From a virus, in IMG/VR virus record IMGVR_UViG_3300044780_000040: a stretch of DNA of 46,444 nt, one strand, 5' to 3'. The notes below the pieces were generated by a model. That model saw only the letters and a list, made by a program, of their open reading frames with translations, was not told where the DNA came from and did no database searches. How positions within the stretch are numbered: the stretch's first letter is position 1; every line of letters starts with the position of its first letter. Positions 28,622 through 36,043 of the stretch are shown here, piece after piece. The position numbers and the translations under genes were made by a program.

Positions 28622-28754
28622 ACGGGAATGATCACTCCAATTGGCGGGGGTGGGGGTGGAAGGCGAAAATGGGGCTATTTAACTCTCAATTCTATTCGCG
28701 CACCGGAAATGGCGTTCTCGGGGGGCGAGGCGGCCTGAGAGGGGGCCGCCCCCC

Positions 28755-28842
28755 TTCGGGATTCTAGAATTCGGGCCACCCGAATTTCAGGCCAGCCGAA
28801 TTACGGACTTCCCGAATACATGAGCCCCTCAAGTAATTCGGT
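28755..28842. promoter_or_regulatory. Array of six CCGAA(T)/(A)TTCGG boxes in the divergent intergenic region
   Basis: TTCGGG at 28755 and 28770. (C/G)CCGAAT at 28779, 28795 and 28811, with 16-bp spacing. ATTCGG at 28836. AATTCGG-gccac-CCGAATT (28768-28786) is a perfect inverted repeat. Confidence 0.55.
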
Positions 28843-29039
28843 CAGCTTATGGGGTTTGGTATTCTGCTCAGCTGACTGGCTCAGCCAATGCCTGGGCTCT
28901 GACCTTGTAACAATTCGTGATCAAAGATTTTCATTCACGACTCGACTCCGCAGATGCGCGGAGTGATTATGTCTTTGGCGGTTCGCCGCCGGGCTCTTTG
29001 ACATTGTGAACTCTCACCCCCGAACTAAAAGGAACAGTC

Positions 29040-29678
29040 ATGTCTGATACAACCACGAATACCGAAAAGAAGCGCGAAGCCATTGCATCCCGCGAATGGA
29101 TCGATGAAAACGGCAAGGCCCTCAATTCCGGCGAGGAAAAACAGGCCGTCGGCTTCCGCTACATTCACCTCCCGAGCGCCAAAAAGGCCGACCCGAATTA
29201 CAATCCGGAGTCGAGCGGCCAACCGCCCGCAGGCACCTTCTTTGACTACGTTTGCGGCGAAGCCGGTCAACCCGGAACCATGCTGGCCATTTTTGGCGGT
29301 CTGACTCTCGCAGGGAACGTTGTCAACTCCGCAGTCAACGGCCCAAAGGGCGACCCCACGATCAACCCCATTTCACTCGTCGAAGCGCGATTCAAGGAGA
29401 TCGACGACGGCGTTTGGGCCGATCGCGCGGGTGGAGTCGGTGGAGTTCGATACGACAAGGACAAGCTTGCGGCCGCAATCGCCGCAGCCAAGGGCGAAAA
29501 AGACGTCTCGCCCTACTTGGCGAAGATGGATAATAAGGTCGATCCAAAGACCGGCGCAGTCGTTGCCAGCGATACGAAGGGAGCAATCTCTTACGGCGCC
29601 TTCGCGCTGCGGAATCCCGCGGTTAAGGGCGAATACGACAAACTGACCGGAGGCGGAGTGCAGCTCACTTCCCTCTGA
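29040..29678 (+). CDS. Hypothetical protein (212 aa), first plus-strand gene
   Basis: AAAGGAA lies upstream of the ATG. The composition looks globular. No family was recognised. Confidence 0.7.
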   Translation: MSDTTTNTEKKREAIASREWIDENGKALNSGEEKQAVGFRYIHLPSAKKADPNYNPESSGQPPAGTFFDYVCGEAGQPGTMLAIFGGLTLAGNVVNSAVNGPKGDPTINPISLVEARFKEIDDGVWADRAGGVGGVRYDKDKLAAAIAAAKGEKDVSPYLAKMDNKVDPKTGAVVASDTKGAISYGAFALRNPAVKGEYDKLTGGGVQLTSL

Positions 29679-29723
29679 TCCCCCCAGATGGCGCCGCGCA
29701 AATGCGGCGCCAAGGAGGCCCAA

Positions 29724-29849
29724 ATGTACCACGACGACCCATCGCGCGGCGGGTGGCCGAGCGTACTGTTGCAAATCGGCATCTTCGTTGCACTTCTGCT
29801 GCTCTTTTCGGACGAACTCCCAAATTTCCTCGGGAGATTCGCCCAATAG
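29724..29849 (+). CDS. Small membrane peptide (41 aa; below the ORF-track cutoff)
   Basis: AAGGAGG lies 5 nt upstream. My translation is MYHDDPSRGGWPSVLLQIGIFVALLLLFSDELPNFLGRFAQ, with one TM segment. The stop abuts the terminator. Confidence 0.5.
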   Translation: MYHDDPSRGGWPSVLLQIGIFVALLLLFSDELPNFLGRFAQ

Positions 29850-29872
29850 CGCCCTCCGGGGCGCTTTTTTTT
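29848..29872 (+). terminator. Rho-independent terminator
   Basis: agcgccc-tccg-gggcgct stem-loop followed by T8. Confidence 0.85.
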
Positions 29873-29959
29873 GTCCAGATTCGCGCTCACACCGACAGGT
29901 TCGCGCTCCAGACACCGACAGGCGCACTTCGCGAGTTCAGATCCCCCGCCAGCTCAGCT

Positions 29960-30014
29960 GGCCCTCGAGTGACCCTCAAACCACCCTCACAGGACCCTGA
30001 CATGACCCTTACTG
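29960..30014 (+). repeat. Five 11-bp-phased iterons with core (G/C)(G/A)CCCT
   Basis: ggccctcgagt / gaccctcaaac / caccctcacag / gaccctgacat / gacccttactg, starting at 29960, 29971, 29982, 29993 and 30004. Confidence 0.8.
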
Positions 30015-30078
30015 CCTTCATGGTTGAGTCACCGACTGATGCACTTATTCGCATCCCTCTAGACCTCGAGACCACCAA

Positions 30079-30111
30079 AATAGGCACATTATCAGCCTGA
30101 TAATGGCACCA
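30079..30111 (-). promoter_or_regulatory. Copy b of the 33-nt palindromic motif (minus strand TGGTGCCATTATCAGGCTGATAATGTGCCTATT)
   Basis: Contains the 9-bp perfect palindrome cattatcag-c-ctgataatg (30087-30105). It lies in non-coding DNA between the iteron arrays. Confidence 0.6.
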
Positions 30112-30140
30112 TTTTACATCCATCCCCTCCCTCCTTCTTA

Positions 30141-30207
30141 CTCTTATATACTTTTTTATTTTTTTTTTTTTAATATATAGAATAGAATATATATAGATGA
30201 ATATCAG
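30141..30207. other. AT-rich tract (candidate DNA-unwinding element)
   Basis: ctcttatatacttttttatttttttttttttaatatatagaatagaatatatatagatgaatat, including a T13 run. It is preceded by the polypyrimidine stretch catcccctccctccttctta. Confidence 0.6.
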
Positions 30208-30244
30208 AGACCCCCCGGCTGACTCCCCCTAAGATGAGGCAGTC

Positions 30245-30299
30245 AGGGTTAAGTTAAGGTCTTGTGAGGGTCTTGGCAGGGTCTTTTTAGGGTCCCACG
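30245..30299 (-). repeat. Five 11-bp-phased iterons, the reverse complement of the left array (AGGGTC core)
   Basis: agggtt at 30245, aaggtc at 30256, and agggtc at 30267, 30278 and 30289. Confidence 0.8.
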
Positions 30300-30320
30300 A
30301 CTAAACGCAACGAGTTAGGG

Positions 30321-30377
30321 ATGCATGTGCATGCATGTTGCAATGCACCAATGCAAATCTGCATACCTGCCATGCAT
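30321..30377. promoter_or_regulatory. Cluster of seven TGCA / ATGCA(T) cores upstream of the first early gene
   Basis: atgcatgtgcatgcatgttgcaatgcaccaatgcaaatctgcatacctgccatgcat. Confidence 0.4.
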
Positions 30378-30463
30378 TTGCCCCCCTTGTAAAATGGCCC
30401 ATTTTGGCGCACACTTTTCCCACGGGCGATCTGCGTCCGAATTCAGCTCCATGGGGACCTCAA

Positions 30464-30670
30464 ATGCTAATCCAGACTAAAGCGGATCTCTTCAAAGGTC
30501 TATTTCCATCCCTCGACTCCTGCACCATCTCGAACATCGGGAAACACTTCGCAGACCTGGTCGACTCGATCGACCCCGACACCCTCTTCGACCTAAACGA
30601 CGACAACCACATCGTTTTAATCTTCAGCGACGGCTCCAGCGTTGTGGTCGCCGGCCCGGAGTGCCACTAA
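30464..30670 (+). CDS. Hypothetical protein (68 aa)
   Basis: GGGGA lies upstream of the ATG at 30464. The upstream part of the track ORF lies in the TGCA-rich non-coding DNA. Confidence 0.55.
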   Translation: MLIQTKADLFKGLFPSLDSCTISNIGKHFADLVDSIDPDTLFDLNDDNHIVLIFSDGSSVVVAGPECH

Positions 30671-31125
30671 TGCCTCTCGACATCAAAACACTCCGCCGAA
30701 ATCCGGGCGATCAAATGTTCACCCATTTCGACCCCGCGACCGGCGCCCAAACCTGCTTCGCCGTCACTCTGATCCGCGAGCACACCTCGCGGCTCGGAGA
30801 TCAATACATCTTCTCCGCTCCAATCGAGCCGCGAATGGCAAAAATGATTCTCATGAATCGGGGAATCGAGCGCCCCCGACTCAAGCGAGCAATCAGGACC
30901 ACCTACTACGACCCCCTCTTATACCTCGAGATGCCCGACGGCTCCCACTTGCTGGCCGACGGCTCCCACACATACGTCGCCATGTTTTACAAAGGGATCA
31001 CTTGGGCGAAGAGCTTCGTGGTCCCCCCTTCAATCTGGAATCAATTCACCATCTCCGGACTCCCCGCATGGGAATCGGAAGAACACCTCCTTCAATCCTT
31101 CAGTGGAGATCCCGCCAATGACTAA
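30670..31125 (+). CDS. Hypothetical protein; possible ParB/Srx-fold
   Basis: TAATG overlap with the upstream gene. PLLYLEMPDGSHLLADGSHTYVAMFYKG weakly resembles the ParB-like DG.HR segment. Confidence 0.5.
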   Translation: MPLDIKTLRRNPGDQMFTHFDPATGAQTCFAVTLIREHTSRLGDQYIFSAPIEPRMAKMILMNRGIERPRLKRAIRTTYYDPLLYLEMPDGSHLLADGSHTYVAMFYKGITWAKSFVVPPSIWNQFTISGLPAWESEEHLLQSFSGDPAND

Positions 31126-31780
31126 GAACGCCATCGCGAACCGAATCGGATCGCTTCAAGCTCCCCAACTGGACTACATCCTGCTTGACGGCTCATCTTC
31201 CATGATGACCAAATGGTGGGATTCTCTCGGCGCCCTGCAGGGCATGGTCGACGTCATGAAGGCCCAGAACATCAACTCCCACGGAATCATCCAGGTCTTC
31301 GATACCCACGACCTGAACTACGTTGCTCGCAACTCGACTCTAGACACTTGGCAATCCTTCCGTGACGACCCCATCGGCGCCCACTGGGGCGGTACGCCCC
31401 TCTACGACGCCATTAACCTTATGGGCCGCCAACTTCGCGACCTCGATCCCAAGAACGCCTCGATCGTCATCGTTACTGATGGCGAAGAAACCTCGAGCAA
31501 ATACACCACCCACGTTCAGGCAAAAGCCATCTTGGACTGGTGCAGAGCAAAAGGCTGGGCCGTCACCTTTATCGGCGCCGACTTCGACAACAACCAGCAA
31601 GCGAAACTTTTAGGCGCCAACGAATCCAATTCGATCGGGGTGCGAAAGGCCAAACTGCTTGAAGCCGGCAAAGCCTTCGGCCAGAAACGCGCCCGCCACG
31701 CCCTCTTTGGCGAAGACATCAATTTCACCGAAGACGAGCGAAAGAAATTCGGTGGCTTTTTGGAGCACAAAAAAGACTAG
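31118..31780 (+). CDS. von Willebrand factor type A (vWA) domain protein
   Basis: MIDAS motif DGSSS in YILLDGSSSM, then GGTPLYDAI and IVIVTDGEET. GGAG lies 9 nt upstream of the ATG at 31118. Confidence 0.75.
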   Translation: MTKNAIANRIGSLQAPQLDYILLDGSSSMMTKWWDSLGALQGMVDVMKAQNINSHGIIQVFDTHDLNYVARNSTLDTWQSFRDDPIGAHWGGTPLYDAINLMGRQLRDLDPKNASIVIVTDGEETSSKYTTHVQAKAILDWCRAKGWAVTFIGADFDNNQQAKLLGANESNSIGVRKAKLLEAGKAFGQKRARHALFGEDINFTEDERKKFGGFLEHKKD

Positions 31781-31835
31781 CGAAATCGCGGCGTTAGCCG
31801 CGATCTAAGGGATTGGCATTCCCTTACTGAAGAGC

Positions 31836-32093
31836 TTGCCAGAGGAATTGATGGGGATCAAAATGGATAATAAAGAACGAACACAGGCCGCCAACGCCCT
31901 CATACAATGGTTTAACTCCCAAGACATCAGCCAAGCTGACGCCGAAATCGTAATGCTCAAAGTGACCGCGAAGATCCTGAACCGCCGCTTTGACCGAACG
32001 AACCCCGCGAGCGTCACCGCGGCCTTAGACGAACATCAGCGAATCCTCGCCCACGAGACCATTGAAGCCATCTACAATGAGAAGAGAAAATGA
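31836..32093 (+). CDS. Hypothetical protein (start uncertain: TTG 31836, ATG 31851 or ATG 31863)
   Basis: ORF whose stop overlaps the next ATG (ATGA). Confidence 0.5.
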   Translation: MPEELMGIKMDNKERTQAANALIQWFNSQDISQADAEIVMLKVTAKILNRRFDRTNPASVTAALDEHQRILAHETIEAIYNEKRK

Positions 32094-32716
32094 CCGACGA
32101 ACTTCCGAAACAAGAACTTCTCATCAAACTGCTCAAGATGACCACGAGCAATAATGATGGCGAAGTCCTAGTCGCCGCCCGCAAAGCCAACGCTTTGCTT
32201 CAGAGCGCCGGCTGGGACTGGGAGAAACTGATCACCGGCAAAATTGTCATTGTTGAAGATCCCTTCAGCAAAATCGACACGCCCGACAACTTTGCCCGCA
32301 ATCCCCCGCGCGCTTATCAGCCCCCTCAACCTCCCAAGCCATCCGCGCCTCCTCCGCCGCGCCAAACTCAAAGCACCAATCCCCCGTGGGCTCAAGGTCC
32401 ATCTCGCGGCTCCCCGCCGCCGAACGTTAAGGCTCCGCCTCCACCTCCGCCCCCCAAGGCGGCGAAGGTCCCCTATTCCGACAAGCCGAACAAATTCACA
32501 TCATGGTGCTTCTGCTGTGGGGACACAGTCCCCTCCGACATGGGATTCATCATAAATCCCTCAAAATACAACTCCCGTGCCCCGAACAAGTTCGTTACCA
32601 TCTGCACCTCTTGCAATAAAGCGAATGTACCTATCGGGCGCTCTGGCGCCCCCCGACAAAAGCCCCTCTCCGCCGCTCCCGGCGGAGTCAAGACTCCATC
32701 TCTCAACGATCTCTAA
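32090..32716 (+). CDS. DUF2786-like N-terminal domain, Pro-rich linker and C-terminal Zn-ribbon; ends TPSLNDL
   Basis: LLIKLLKMTTSNNDGEVLVAARKANALLQSAGWDW fits the DUF2786 pattern. WCFCCGD...ICTSCN looks like a zinc ribbon. Confidence 0.6.
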   Translation: MTDELPKQELLIKLLKMTTSNNDGEVLVAARKANALLQSAGWDWEKLITGKIVIVEDPFSKIDTPDNFARNPPRAYQPPQPPKPSAPPPPRQTQSTNPPWAQGPSRGSPPPNVKAPPPPPPPKAAKVPYSDKPNKFTSWCFCCGDTVPSDMGFIINPSKYNSRAPNKFVTICTSCNKANVPIGRSGAPRQKPLSAAPGGVKTPSLNDL

Positions 32717-32731
32717 AAGGGATAAGAACTC

Positions 32732-33139
32732 ATGCAAAATCCCCAACAAAAACCAACAATGTCCGACAGATCAGAAATGATCCACGACTCTTACGTCATG
32801 CATATTCATAACCAGAAATGCTCCAGTTGCGGCCATTTAGAGCGCTTCAATCACTTCTATGAAGTCTGGATACACCCATCCAAGACCCGACTCACCGGCA
32901 TGAAGGATCTCCGGCCCGCCAACTCACTGAAGCCGAAGTTCTCCGTCACATACATCGACCTGCCTCCCCGCCCGATCCCGGTCTGCACCGAATGCGTGAA
33001 GCTGATCGAGCGAGAAGACCACATGATCATCACTGCGAACCCGGCTCAGTGGGCCGAGACCCTCAAGCGCAAATACGCCCCGGCGCCTTCGACTCCCGAC
33101 AAACCCGTAAAGACCACTCCAACCCTGGACCAATTGTGA
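32732..33139 (+). CDS. Hypothetical Zn-ribbon protein; ends TPTLDQL
   Basis: CSSCGH...VCTECV forms a CxxC pair. Confidence 0.6.
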   Translation: MQNPQQKPTMSDRSEMIHDSYVMHIHNQKCSSCGHLERFNHFYEVWIHPSKTRLTGMKDLRPANSLKPKFSVTYIDLPPRPIPVCTECVKLIEREDHMIITANPAQWAETLKRKYAPAPSTPDKPVKTTPTLDQL

Positions 33140-33396
33140 TGGCAAACGAATTTAGCGTCTACCAATTCTTCAAACCCATCACCCCTCAAGACGAGGGCCT
33201 CTACGAACGGGTACGGTCATTCGTCTCTTCGAAAGAAGCCGTCGAGGCCTTCGTCCACTTCACGACTTCGGTCGGCGCCCGCATGGGCTTCGTCGAGCGC
33301 GTCATCATCACCGACGGCGGCGACTCGACAGTCGCCGAATGGACCTACGGCAAAGGCATAACATTCCCGCTGGAGGCCCAAGATGCTCCCGACTAG
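33139..33396 (+). CDS. Hypothetical protein (85 aa)
   Basis: The ATG overlaps the upstream TGA (TGATG). The sequence begins MANEFSVYQFF... Confidence 0.55.
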   Translation: MANEFSVYQFFKPITPQDEGLYERVRSFVSSKEAVEAFVHFTTSVGARMGFVERVIITDGGDSTVAEWTYGKGITFPLEAQDAPD

Positions 33397-33610
33397 ATCC
33401 CAGAAGATCCTTATGCTCCTCGAACACGACGAGGACGACATCCGCACAATGGCCGAGATGCGTGCAAAACGCCTCGCTCGACTGATCGAACTCGAAGCTC
33501 CCGACTTCATAATCGCAAACGAGCTTCTCATGACGATGGAGGCTATTGAAGCCATCTTCCGGAAACACGACTTTGACCCCTTCGAAGACGAGCGGGTTTT
33601 CCATGACTGA
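33383..33610 (+). CDS. Hypothetical acidic protein (75 aa)
   Basis: GGAGG lies 6 nt upstream of the ATG. Confidence 0.55.
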   Translation: MLPTRSQKILMLLEHDEDDIRTMAEMRAKRLARLIELEAPDFIIANELLMTMEAIEAIFRKHDFDPFEDERVFHD

Positions 33611-33830
33611 ATATCGCACATTCTTCTGCCTCATCCGAGAGAATCCTTTCAGGGTCTACTTTCTCGGATGGGGCTTCGAGCGCCCTCGGCGCGATGAATC
33701 TCGCAAGCCGCGCTCTTTCGACTCCGAGATCGCCGCCCGCGAGATTAAAAAACACTTGCGGGGCGAACCTGTCTTAATCGAGAGACGAAGCAAAGTGCTC
33801 AAGCGAATGAAAGAAGATTACGATGTCTAG
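33603..33830 (+). CDS. Hypothetical basic protein (75 aa)
   Basis: ATGACTGA overlap with the upstream stop. Confidence 0.5.
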   Translation: MTEYRTFFCLIRENPFRVYFLGWGFERPRRDESRKPRSFDSEIAAREIKKHLRGEPVLIERRSKVLKRMKEDYDV

Positions 33831-34122
33831 AACTTACGTTCTCCCCCCACACCCACACCTTCATGAATTGGAGATTCGCGCCCACGAGAACGTAATCTAT
33901 TTCCACACGAACGGCCGTTGCTTTGGCCTCGACTACGAGATGGCCAAACAGCTTCGCGACGGCCTCACCGCAGTCCTGAGCGGCGCCTTCGACCGCGCCG
34001 TCAGCCAGACCTTCTTACAACTTCAAGAGGAGAGAGAAGCCCGAAACAAAACCATTCAGACTCAGACTACGAATCCAAATCCTTCTTCCCGAAACACCAA
34101 ACCGACACTGGACCAGTTATGA
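33823..34122 (+). CDS. Hypothetical protein; ends KPTLDQL
   Basis: 99-aa ORF overlapping its neighbours by a few nt. Confidence 0.55.
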   Translation: MSRTYVLPPHPHLHELEIRAHENVIYFHTNGRCFGLDYEMAKQLRDGLTAVLSGAFDRAVSQTFLQLQEEREARNKTIQTQTTNPNPSSRNTKPTLDQL

Positions 34123-34325
34123 GACGGCTTGACAAACGAATTCGTGAATTGCGCAGTGAGATCCAAATCATCACCCAAAAAGAAATATGTTTGGAGGCAG
34201 AAAGAACCGCTCTCATAGAGCTGTATAAGGAACATAATGACAAGAAAACGCAGACACCAACTAGTGATCGAGGTGGAATGCCTCGACCCACAAGGCCAGC
34301 GTCAGGCCCAAGATCGAGTTCATAA
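34119..34325 (+). CDS. Hypothetical coiled-coil protein (68 aa); its tail overlaps the next ORF
   Basis: ATGA overlap with the upstream stop. MRRLDKRIRELRSEIQIITQKEICLEAERTALIELYKEH is followed by a low-complexity tail. Confidence 0.4.
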   Translation: MRRLDKRIRELRSEIQIITQKEICLEAERTALIELYKEHNDKKTQTPTSDRGGMPRPTRPASGPRSSS

Positions 34326-34464
34326 CTGGTTCGAGACCTTCGGCCACACTGCTTGCTCCCACGGTTTTGTCTTTAAGACTGTGGGAGTAATGACTGGGAA
34401 GCAGATCGCCTCCCACATCCGAGTATCCCGCAACCACGAAGAGGAAGATGAGGCACCAGAATGA
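34237..34464 (+). CDS. Hypothetical protein (75 aa)
   Basis: AAGGAA lies upstream of the ATG. Globular-looking composition. Confidence 0.5.
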   Translation: MTRKRRHQLVIEVECLDPQGQRQAQDRVHNWFETFGHTACSHGFVFKTVGVMTGKQIASHIRVSRNHEEEDEAPE

Positions 34465-34805
34465 GCGCAATGGACCACTTTATGTCGATCGACCGTCAAC
34501 TTCAGGGAATGCGCGAGCATTTCGAATCCGAAAGGAAATCCCTGATGGACCAACTATTCGTCGCCAGAGCCGAAGCCCAACTGGCGAACGAACAACTCCA
34601 GCGCGCCGTTGAAGCCCGCGCCCACGCCGAGCGAATGACAGTCCGCCTCTTGACCCAATTCGCAACAGTGGCCTTGGTTTTCGACGAAGCCCGCCATGTC
34701 GCCGAAGACACCGGCCTACTTCAACCGAATGTGAAACCTGAAGTAGCCAAAGCGGTCGAACAAGGTCTACTCGAAAAGCTCGGCGAACTGTCCGGCGAAA
34801 GGTAA
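34461..34805 (+). CDS. Hypothetical coiled-coil protein (114 aa)
   Basis: ATGA overlap with the upstream stop. Confidence 0.55.
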   Translation: MSAMDHFMSIDRQLQGMREHFESERKSLMDQLFVARAEAQLANEQLQRAVEARAHAERMTVRLLTQFATVALVFDEARHVAEDTGLLQPNVKPEVAKAVEQGLLEKLGELSGER

Positions 34806-34808
34806 AAA

Positions 34809-35282
34809 ATGTCCGACATCCTCTACAAGCCGCGCGTTTACTTCGCCTCTGCCTTCGACCGGCACGGGGTCGGAAGAATGCTGAGCGAAGACCCCCAATG
34901 GGCTTTCGTTCATTGGACCTCGACCTGGATCACCAAGACCTATCTCGAGGCCGTCTCTACGCCTGAAGAATTCGCTGACCACTGGACTCTAGACTTCAAA
35001 GAGATCCGGGACTCCGACATTCTAATGCTCTATGGTCGCGAAGCAATGCCCCGACTTAAAGGCGCGCTTGTAGAGTGTGGGGTCGCAATCGCGAGCGGCC
35101 TCAAAGTCCTCGCAATCGGTCTGGACGTTTCAGTGCATACTTGGGCTCACCATCCCGCAGTGCATCGAGTAAACACCCTCGCCCAGGCCAGAAATCATTT
35201 ATATTCCTTCACCATATCTGCGAGACCCCGCAGACCAGAAGAGAAGAAACCCAATGCCAAAACCAATGAAACTGACAATTGA
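34809..35282 (+). CDS. Nucleoside 2-deoxyribosyltransferase-like protein
   Basis: RVYFASAF...DFKEIRDSDILMLYGREAMPRLKGALVECGVAIASGLKVLAIG fits YLAG...D..I..sD.l.......G...E.G.A.a.Gk.V, with a candidate catalytic Glu. Confidence 0.45.
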   Translation: MSDILYKPRVYFASAFDRHGVGRMLSEDPQWAFVHWTSTWITKTYLEAVSTPEEFADHWTLDFKEIRDSDILMLYGREAMPRLKGALVECGVAIASGLKVLAIGLDVSVHTWAHHPAVHRVNTLAQARNHLYSFTISARPRRPEEKKPNAKTNETDN

Positions 35283-35472
35283 AATTGAAGAGAAGCTCTT
35301 CGGCCCCGTCTTTGCGAAGATCGACCGGATGGACGGAGTCATCTCTATCCATCTCCACGGCCGGGGCGCCTTGACCACCACGGCGAAGTCACCAGTTAAG
35401 CGAGCCCCGTGGGGCTCGAAGACCAAGGGCGGAAGACCCATTAAGACTCCGAAGCGCGCGGTGAAGAAATGA
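35254..35472 (+). CDS. Hypothetical basic protein (72 aa)
   Basis: ORF with a 29-nt overlap with the upstream gene. The start is uncertain. Confidence 0.45.
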   Translation: MPKPMKLTIEIEEKLFGPVFAKIDRMDGVISIHLHGRGALTTTAKSPVKRAPWGSKTKGGRPIKTPKRAVKK

Positions 35473-35840
35473 CCTATTATCGCGTGCTTCGCACGTATCG
35501 CTTCATCGACAAAGACCCCGTTTGTGACAGAGTCAAGACGGTGGTCCAAGATGAAGGTTTGGAGAAGCGACTCCAAGTCGTCGCCGACTTGGCTGGCCTG
35601 AACATCAATACTGTTCGCGCTTTGCTATTCGGAGGGACCAAATCCCCCCAAAACCGAACTATCATGGCGATCATGACTTCGCTCGGCTACGAACACTCTT
35701 TCGCCAAATCCCGCAAACTGAACGTGGACGAAGAACTCGAATTCGCCCGCGCCTATAATAAAAAAGAGAAAGCTCGAATCCAAGGGCTAAAGAGCTCAAA
35801 ATCCCGCAAAAAGAAACAACGAAGAAAGGAGAAGCTTTAA
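35469..35840 (+). CDS. Putative DNA-binding (HTH) protein with a Lys/Arg-rich tail
   Basis: ATGA overlap with the upstream stop. VADLAGLNINTVRALLFGGTKSPQNRT looks like an HTH. The C-terminus is KSSKSRKKKQRRKEKL. Confidence 0.4.
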   Translation: MTYYRVLRTYRFIDKDPVCDRVKTVVQDEGLEKRLQVVADLAGLNINTVRALLFGGTKSPQNRTIMAIMTSLGYEHSFAKSRKLNVDEELEFARAYNKKEKARIQGLKSSKSRKKKQRRKEKL

Positions 35841-36043
35841 TGTTTGTCGGCTTAACTGGCCACCAACTCGACGCGATGATCCACGCCGCCATCGCTGAAT
35901 CCAAGAAGTACACCGATCAGGCAGACGCGCGAAGTGCGAACTACCCGATCCATATGACCGCGGCGTTTATAATGGGCTCTATCGCTGTCATGCTTTTAGA
36001 AGCCAGAAAGGTACGCGACGATGAAACTGAAGCTGACGATTAA
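35840..36043 (+). CDS. Hypothetical small membrane protein (67 aa)
   Basis: TAATG overlap with the upstream stop. HMTAAFIMGSIAVMLL is a hydrophobic segment. Confidence 0.5.
   Translation: MFVGLTGHQLDAMIHAAIAESKKYTDQADARSANYPIHMTAAFIMGSIAVMLLEARKVRDDETEADD

Noticed and set aside
28643-28675. G-rich tract (ggcgggggtgggggtggaaggcgaaaatgggg) as a G-quadruplex
   Set aside because: Only three runs of three or more G lie within a plausible loop distance, so it does not meet the four-tract requirement.
28998-29003. A perfect TTGACA as the -35 element of the promoter for the gene at 29040
   Set aside because: No acceptable -10 lies at 16-19 nt, and the element is only 37 nt from the ATG with the SD in between. 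I did not call a promoter.
29252-30123. ORFs overlapping the first plus gene and the non-coding region (29373-29927 minus, 29702-30100 plus, 29887-30123 minus and others)
   Set aside because: These are alternate-frame or antisense products of a GC-rich gene, or they run across the terminator, iterons and palindromic motif. Arg/Pro/Ser-rich composition.
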